Shown here: positions 59,654-64,000 of the stretch, one piece after another
How the letters are laid out: each line of letters begins with the position of its first letter
Numbering within the stretch: position 1 is the first letter of the stretch
Assembly (NCBI GenBank): GCA_945860915.1
Contig: CAMARR010000005.1
Coordinates: forward strand, 85,018 to 149,017
Direction of reading: 5' to 3'
Length of the DNA: 64,000 nucleotides
DNA from: Candidatus Kuenenia stuttgartensis
GTDB taxonomy: Bacteria; Planctomycetota; GCA-002687715; CAIWVZ01
Notes under the pieces: generated by a model
Database searches by the model: none
What the model saw: the letters and a program-made list of their open reading frames with translations, nothing else
Told to the model about the DNA's origin: nothing
Program-made: the position numbers and the translations under genes

Positions 59654-61375
59654 ATGAAGTTCCGTTCACTCGCCGCGGCGTTTGCTGCGGTGGCATCTCT
59701 CGCAGCAGCCCAAGGCTCAGCCTGCGGCACGCCGTTTACAACCTGGAATATTACTGCCCAAAACGGCCAAAACGGTGTGATGTTCGACGTCGAGAACATT
59801 TCGTGCAATACAGTCACGATTTGCGGCATGGACATCAACCTTGACTCATCGGCAGCTCAGCAAACGATCGGCGTCTGGACCGTGACTGCGGGCACGTCCC
59901 ATGTGCCGGTTGCGAGCACGGCTGCCGCATGGACTCAACAGGCCTTGGGGCCTACCACGTCACTCGGGATCAACACCACGGGAATAGGCAACACATTTAC
60001 GCCGATCCCCAGCGCCCTCAGCATCACGATCGCGTCAGGACAACGGCTCGGATTTGCGGTGGCATGCTCGACTGGCACTTTGGTCAACTATCAAACCGGG
60101 ACCGCCGCCACTCAGAGCGTAGGCATGCCCATGTCAAACGACGGCACGCTCAAGTGGTATGCCGGCTTCGGCAAGGCTTACTTAGCGGGTGTCGGACCGT
60201 TCGGAGGAAGCTTCGGTACAGCAACCACCGGCGGCCGCCTTGCGAGCGTCCGGCTCGGCTACACAAGCGGACCCCCGTCGTTTGCGCCGTCATGGGAACT
60301 CAACAGCGCGGCCTCTTCATTGGACATCAATGGGGTCTCGACGCAACTAGCATGTGGTCTCAACGCGGCCGTAAGCAACCAGTGCGTTGGCGTCTCGTCA
60401 AACGTTGCACTCAATTCGACCAACGTCGGCTTCCCATTCGACGTGGTGTATGGGTCGTTGCCCTTGGCGCCGGGTGGCTCCGCAGGTTCCTTCGCGACAG
60501 CCAACGGTCAGCTCGTAAACGTCGACGTCACGGATCCAAACCTTGGGTTCCTGCTTGGACTCGCGTTCACGTCTCCGTTTGCCAACGCGGTGATTCCGTT
60601 CTCGTCACCCGTCCCGCTCGCCATCTCGTCGCAGTTGCTGAACATCGACGTGTCCAATCCGGACGGATTCGCGCTCTCGGCCGCCGCACGCTTCCAGGTG
60701 AATCCAATAGCGACCAGCCTGACTTTAGGCCAAAGTGCACTTGCGGACGACGGATTCGTCTCATTGCCTAGCGGGCTCGCTCCGACTTTCCCCGCCTGCC
60801 TCGGCACTGGTCCAGTGATGCCGTTCTACGGAACGAACTACACGCAGACTTTCGTGGCGTCAAACGGCCGTGTTCTCTTTGGCGCCAGCGCAAACGCAGG
60901 CGACTTCAGCCCAACGGCCACCGAACCCGTTACGCAATCACCGTCCATGGGATTCTGGGTCGACCTTGAGCCGAACCTCTCCGTAGGTTGCTCGTTGGTC
61001 GTCGACTGGAGCACCTCCGTTGTGACCGTCGCCTACAACAACATGCGGTATTGGGGCAACGCGGCTTTGTTCCTGAATGGGTCGATGTCATTGGACACGG
61101 CAACCGGTGTCATCACGCTTTCGGGAATGAACACGTTCCCGGTATTCCCGGTGACGGCGGGATCCGACAACAACATGTTCCTCGGTATCTCACGCGGCGG
61201 TGGACTTGCGACGAATCCAGGCCCGACGGCGTTCGCCGCAGCCGGTTCAGGCAGCGCTGCCTTGGCAACCGACATGCTGTACGTCTTCGGCCAAGCCGGT
61301 ACGCTCGCACCGGGCGTCGCATCGATCGCCTTCACCCCCAACATGGGCGGCGGCTATGACTGGGCCGGCTTCTGA
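59654..61375 (+). CDS. Secreted Cys-containing, charge-poor protein, tandem paralog 2
   Basis: ORF 59540..61375 trimmed to the ATG at 59654 (AAGGAG 6 nt upstream). 573 aa. Signal peptide MKFRSLAAAFAAVASLAAAQG. Ends ...IAFTPNMGGGYDWAGF*. Confidence 0.9.
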   Translation: MKFRSLAAAFAAVASLAAAQGSACGTPFTTWNITAQNGQNGVMFDVENISCNTVTICGMDINLDSSAAQQTIGVWTVTAGTSHVPVASTAAAWTQQALGPTTSLGINTTGIGNTFTPIPSALSITIASGQRLGFAVACSTGTLVNYQTGTAATQSVGMPMSNDGTLKWYAGFGKAYLAGVGPFGGSFGTATTGGRLASVRLGYTSGPPSFAPSWELNSAASSLDINGVSTQLACGLNAAVSNQCVGVSSNVALNSTNVGFPFDVVYGSLPLAPGGSAGSFATANGQLVNVDVTDPNLGFLLGLAFTSPFANAVIPFSSPVPLAISSQLLNIDVSNPDGFALSAAARFQVNPIATSLTLGQSALADDGFVSLPSGLAPTFPACLGTGPVMPFYGTNYTQTFVASNGRVLFGASANAGDFSPTATEPVTQSPSMGFWVDLEPNLSVGCSLVVDWSTSVVTVAYNNMRYWGNAALFLNGSMSLDTATGVITLSGMNTFPVFPVTAGSDNNMFLGISRGGGLATNPGPTAFAAAGSGSAALATDMLYVFGQAGTLAPGVASIAFTPNMGGGYDWAGF

Positions 61376-61413
61376 TAGCCTAGTTCACTAGAGTCGACTA
61401 ACGGCTCTTGAAG

Positions 61414-61450
61414 GCGCCCTCCGGCACAGGTCGGAGGGCGCTTTTGTTTT
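61414..61450 (+). terminator. Rho-independent terminator after paralog 2
   Basis: Perfect 10-bp stem gcgccctccg (61414-61423) / cggagggcgc (61432-61441), 8-nt loop, then TTTTGTTTT. Confidence 0.8.
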
Positions 61451-61614
61451 CGACGGCGGCATCCTCTCGGACGACTTTCGCGGACAGTTATTCGCATCAA
61501 TTCGATGCATAGTGATGGCAGCGATTCGGATCGCAACTGCAGATAGGCTAGGCGGTCCCGTGCGCAAGCTAGCCGCCCTCCCCCGCACATACGAGGCAAT
61601 CCGACGCGCGTTAT

Positions 61615-61644
61615 TTGCAGGAACCGCGTGGCGGCCCATATGAT
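61615..61644 (+). promoter_or_regulatory. Sigma70-like promoter of paralog 3
   Basis: TTGCAG (61615-61620), 18-nt spacer, TATGAT (61639-61644). About 60 nt upstream of the ATG at 61705. Confidence 0.5.
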
Positions 61645-61704
61645 TGTCTCGTCTACATAGGCGTCAGCAATCCCGCGAGTCTCTCGATTCCTAAGGAGTT
61701 CGTC

Positions 61705-63414
61705 ATGAGGTTTCGTCAAATCTCCGCGGCGTTTGCTGCGGTGGCATCTCTCGCAGCAGCCCAAGGCTCATCCTGCGGCACGCCCTTCACGACTTGGAAC
61801 ATCACGGCATCGAACGGCCAAAACGGTGTGATGTTCGACGTCGAGAACATTTCGATCAACCCGGTCACGATATGTGGAATGGATATCAATCTCGACAGTT
61901 CAGCTATCCCGCTAACGATCGGCGTCTGGACGGTCACCGCCGGTACATCGCATGTACCGGTGGCGTCCAACGCGGCGGCCTGGACTCAACAGGCCTTGGG
62001 GCCTACCACGTCACTCGGGATCAACACCACGGGAATAGGCAACACATTTACGCCGATCCCGGGCGCCCTTAGCATCACAATCACCCCCGGGCAAAAACTT
62101 GGAATTGCGGTCGGCTGTTCACAGTCGACATTCATCAATTATCAATCGGGAAGTGCGGCTCAAGGCGTCGGCACAGCCATCTCCAACGACGGCGTCCTCA
62201 ACTGGTACGCGGGTTACGGCAAAGCTTATCTTGCGGGTATCGGCCCTTTCGGGAACAGCTTCGGTTCGGCCGCCGGTGGACGACTCGCCAGCGTCCGGCT
62301 GGGCTATACGCAAGGGACCGGATCGATTTATTGGGAATTGAACAGCGCCGCCTCATCAATGGATATTGACGGTGTCGCGACGCAATTCGCTTCCGCAGTG
62401 TCACCCTCGGTTCGAAACCAGTGCGCCAGCATCACGTCCTACCTCAACGTCGCGTCAACCAACGCTGGAAGTCCGTTCGAGATAATCTTCGGTACAGCGC
62501 CACTTGTTCGGGGGAGTTTTGGTGCGCTTGCCACTCCGGGCGGCCAATACGTGAATGTGGATCTCGCAGATCCGAACATCGGATTTGTACTCGGGCTCAC
62601 CTTCAGCGTTCCATTCGCATCGGCGACCGTGCCGTTTGCCTCCCCTACGCCTATGAACATTTCAACGCAGCTCGTCAACATCGATCCAACGCATGTTGAT
62701 GGACTTGCGTTATCCGCCGCTTGTCGCCTCGCAATCACGGGCCAGTCGACTTTAGTCACTTTGGCTGGGTCTCAATTGTCCGACGACGGTTTCTATACGC
62801 TCGGCTCGCCGCCGACCACCCCCACGTGCGTGGCATCGGTCCAACCATTTTCGTTCTATGGCATCAGCCATTCGCAGTTCTCCGTTGCAATGAACGGTCG
62901 CCTCTGCATCGGGCCCACGTCCTTCGCTGGAGAGTATTTACCCTCCGTGACCTCGGCAATGACACAAACACCGTTTGCTGGGTTCTGGGCTGATTTGCAC
63001 CCCGGCATCGCAGCAACGCTTCCCTTGCCCGCGTCCATCGTCATTGACTGGACAACCGGAACGAACCTTCACGTCGCCTACAACAACATCGTTCTGTTTG
63101 GCACGGCAGCACCGCAGTTCTCGTTCTCGATCGACCTCGATTCCTCGAACGGTGCCATCACTCTCTCTGGCGTCAACCAGATTCCAAACCCGGGCACGGG
63201 AGGCGGAGGTGGCTCCATGTTCCTCGGCATGTCGCGCGCGGGCACAGGTGCAACGGACCCTGGAGCGACTGCATTCACCATCGGCAGTGGCTCGGCGCCC
63301 AATCCGAACGCCATGCTTTACGCCTTCGGACAACCTGGAACGCTCGCACCCGGGGTGACTTCGATTGTCTTCACCCCGAACCTCGGAGCGGGTTACAACT
63401 GGGCTGCATTCTGA
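61705..63414 (+). CDS. Secreted Cys-containing, charge-poor protein, tandem paralog 3
   Basis: ORF 61615..63414 trimmed to the ATG at 61705 (AAGGAG 6 nt upstream). 569 aa. Signal peptide MRFRQISAAFAAVASLAAAQG. Ends ...IVFTPNLGAGYNWAAF*. Confidence 0.9.
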   Translation: MRFRQISAAFAAVASLAAAQGSSCGTPFTTWNITASNGQNGVMFDVENISINPVTICGMDINLDSSAIPLTIGVWTVTAGTSHVPVASNAAAWTQQALGPTTSLGINTTGIGNTFTPIPGALSITITPGQKLGIAVGCSQSTFINYQSGSAAQGVGTAISNDGVLNWYAGYGKAYLAGIGPFGNSFGSAAGGRLASVRLGYTQGTGSIYWELNSAASSMDIDGVATQFASAVSPSVRNQCASITSYLNVASTNAGSPFEIIFGTAPLVRGSFGALATPGGQYVNVDLADPNIGFVLGLTFSVPFASATVPFASPTPMNISTQLVNIDPTHVDGLALSAACRLAITGQSTLVTLAGSQLSDDGFYTLGSPPTTPTCVASVQPFSFYGISHSQFSVAMNGRLCIGPTSFAGEYLPSVTSAMTQTPFAGFWADLHPGIAATLPLPASIVIDWTTGTNLHVAYNNIVLFGTAAPQFSFSIDLDSSNGAITLSGVNQIPNPGTGGGGGSMFLGMSRAGTGATDPGATAFTIGSGSAPNPNAMLYAFGQPGTLAPGVTSIVFTPNLGAGYNWAAF

Positions 63415-63495
63415 CGGCGAACTAACACATCATGGCGACGTGGTGCAACGGCGTAGCCTTGCTATCGTGCCAAGCCTCGTAGGAGGTTTGACATC

Positions 63496-63999
63496 ATGCC
63501 GACCCCACTTACCGGATCTCCCGATGGCCGCGGACGCAAGGTCGCCATCGTGGTGGCGCGCTTCAACTCAGAGATCACGGACCGCCTTCTCGCAGGGGCA
63601 CTCAGGGGTCTTGCGGCAGCTGGCGTCGATGACGCGAACATCACCGTAACCTCCGTCCCAGGAGCGGTGGAAATCCCCTTCGCAGCCCAGCGAATCGTGG
63701 GACGCAACGATGCGGTGATTGCCCTCGGGGCAGTGATTCGCGGCGAGACCAGCCACTATGACTACGTATGTGACATAGTCTCGAACGGCGTTATGCGGGT
63801 AATGCTCGACTCGGGCTGCCCAATCGCCTTCGGAGTGCTGACCTGCGACACCGACGCGCAGGCGCTTGCCCGCGCCGGCGACGGCGACGACAACAAGGGC
63901 TTCGAGGCAGCGCGAGTCGCCCTCGAGATGGCGGACCTCACCAAGAAGGTCTCCGCGCTTGGCGCCCCCCTATCGCTCGGCTTCGGAGGTCGCGCGTGA
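63496..63999 (+). CDS. ribH: 6,7-dimethyl-8-ribityllumazine synthase
   Basis: 167 aa. AGGAGG upstream. ...KVAIVVARFNSEITDRLL.GA...VPGAVEIPFAA..., ...AVIALGAVIRGETSHYDYV... are lumazine synthase blocks. Confidence 0.94.
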   Translation: MPTPLTGSPDGRGRKVAIVVARFNSEITDRLLAGALRGLAAAGVDDANITVTSVPGAVEIPFAAQRIVGRNDAVIALGAVIRGETSHYDYVCDIVSNGVMRVMLDSGCPIAFGVLTCDTDAQALARAGDGDDNKGFEAARVALEMADLTKKVSALGAPLSLGFGGRA

Positions 64000-64000
64000 C

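Larger units (their letters stand above)
57488..63450 (+). repeat. Tandem triplication: three ~2.05-2.08 kb units of promoter, 5'UTR and CDS (a hairpin terminator follows units 1 and 2 only)
   Basis: The start-to-start distances are 2075 bp (57579 to 59654) and 2051 bp (59654 to 61705). Homology extends into the flanks (post-stop ...gcctagttca.tagagtc...cggctcttgaaggcgccc in units 1 and 2). Confidence 0.9.

Noticed and set aside
59278-59838. A 186-aa minus-strand ORF covering the paralog 1-2 spacer and the 5' end of paralog 2. A similar 136-aa ORF (61354..61764 -) sits at the paralog 2-3 junction.
   Set aside because: They run antisense through the terminator hairpin, promoter and signal-peptide coding region of the plus-strand genes. 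Their N-terminal parts merely mirror the conserved paralog sequence. No SD is present.

Overview
High-GC bacterial chromosome segment, densely coding, with no mobile elements, CRISPR arrays or rRNA found. The gene content points to a diderm, rod-shaped organism: lptB, an msbA-like exporter, lnt, and mreBCD-mrdA-rodA. I cannot assign a lineage from the sequence alone.

Layout:
- 1-19.7 kb, minus strand: one continuous translation/transcription supercluster. Order is tRNA-Thr/Tyr/Gly/Thr, tuf, secE, nusG, rplKAJL, rpoBC, rpsLG, fusA, rpsJ, rplCDWB.
- 19.7-27.6 kb, minus strand: aroC, a GT-C/GT2/GT-C glycosyltransferase trio, a MutS2 without a recognisable Smr domain, and an HU/IHF-like gene.
- 27.8-43.9 kb, plus strand: housekeeping genes nadC, birA, msbA-like, rph, rdgB and lepA. 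These are followed by two oversized signal peptidases I, lptB, an HD-GYP response regulator, etfBA and an HExxH membrane protein.
- 43.9-57.1 kb, minus strand: rlmN, then the elongasome cluster with a much enlarged PBP2. Upstream of mreB is a promoter-equipped coiled-coil gene plus an untracked 51-aa membrane ORF. Then come lnt, moeA and a radical-SAM-like gene.
- 57.1-63.4 kb, plus strand: the most unusual region. It holds three tandem paralogs of an unrecognised secreted protein family (564-573 aa, Cys-containing, charge-poor). Each copy has its own sigma70-like promoter and strong SD; a hairpin terminator follows copies 1 and 2. The copies show mosaic, gene-conversion-like similarity, a NIDO-like C-terminal half and a conserved tail ending in Phe.
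- ribH closes the window.
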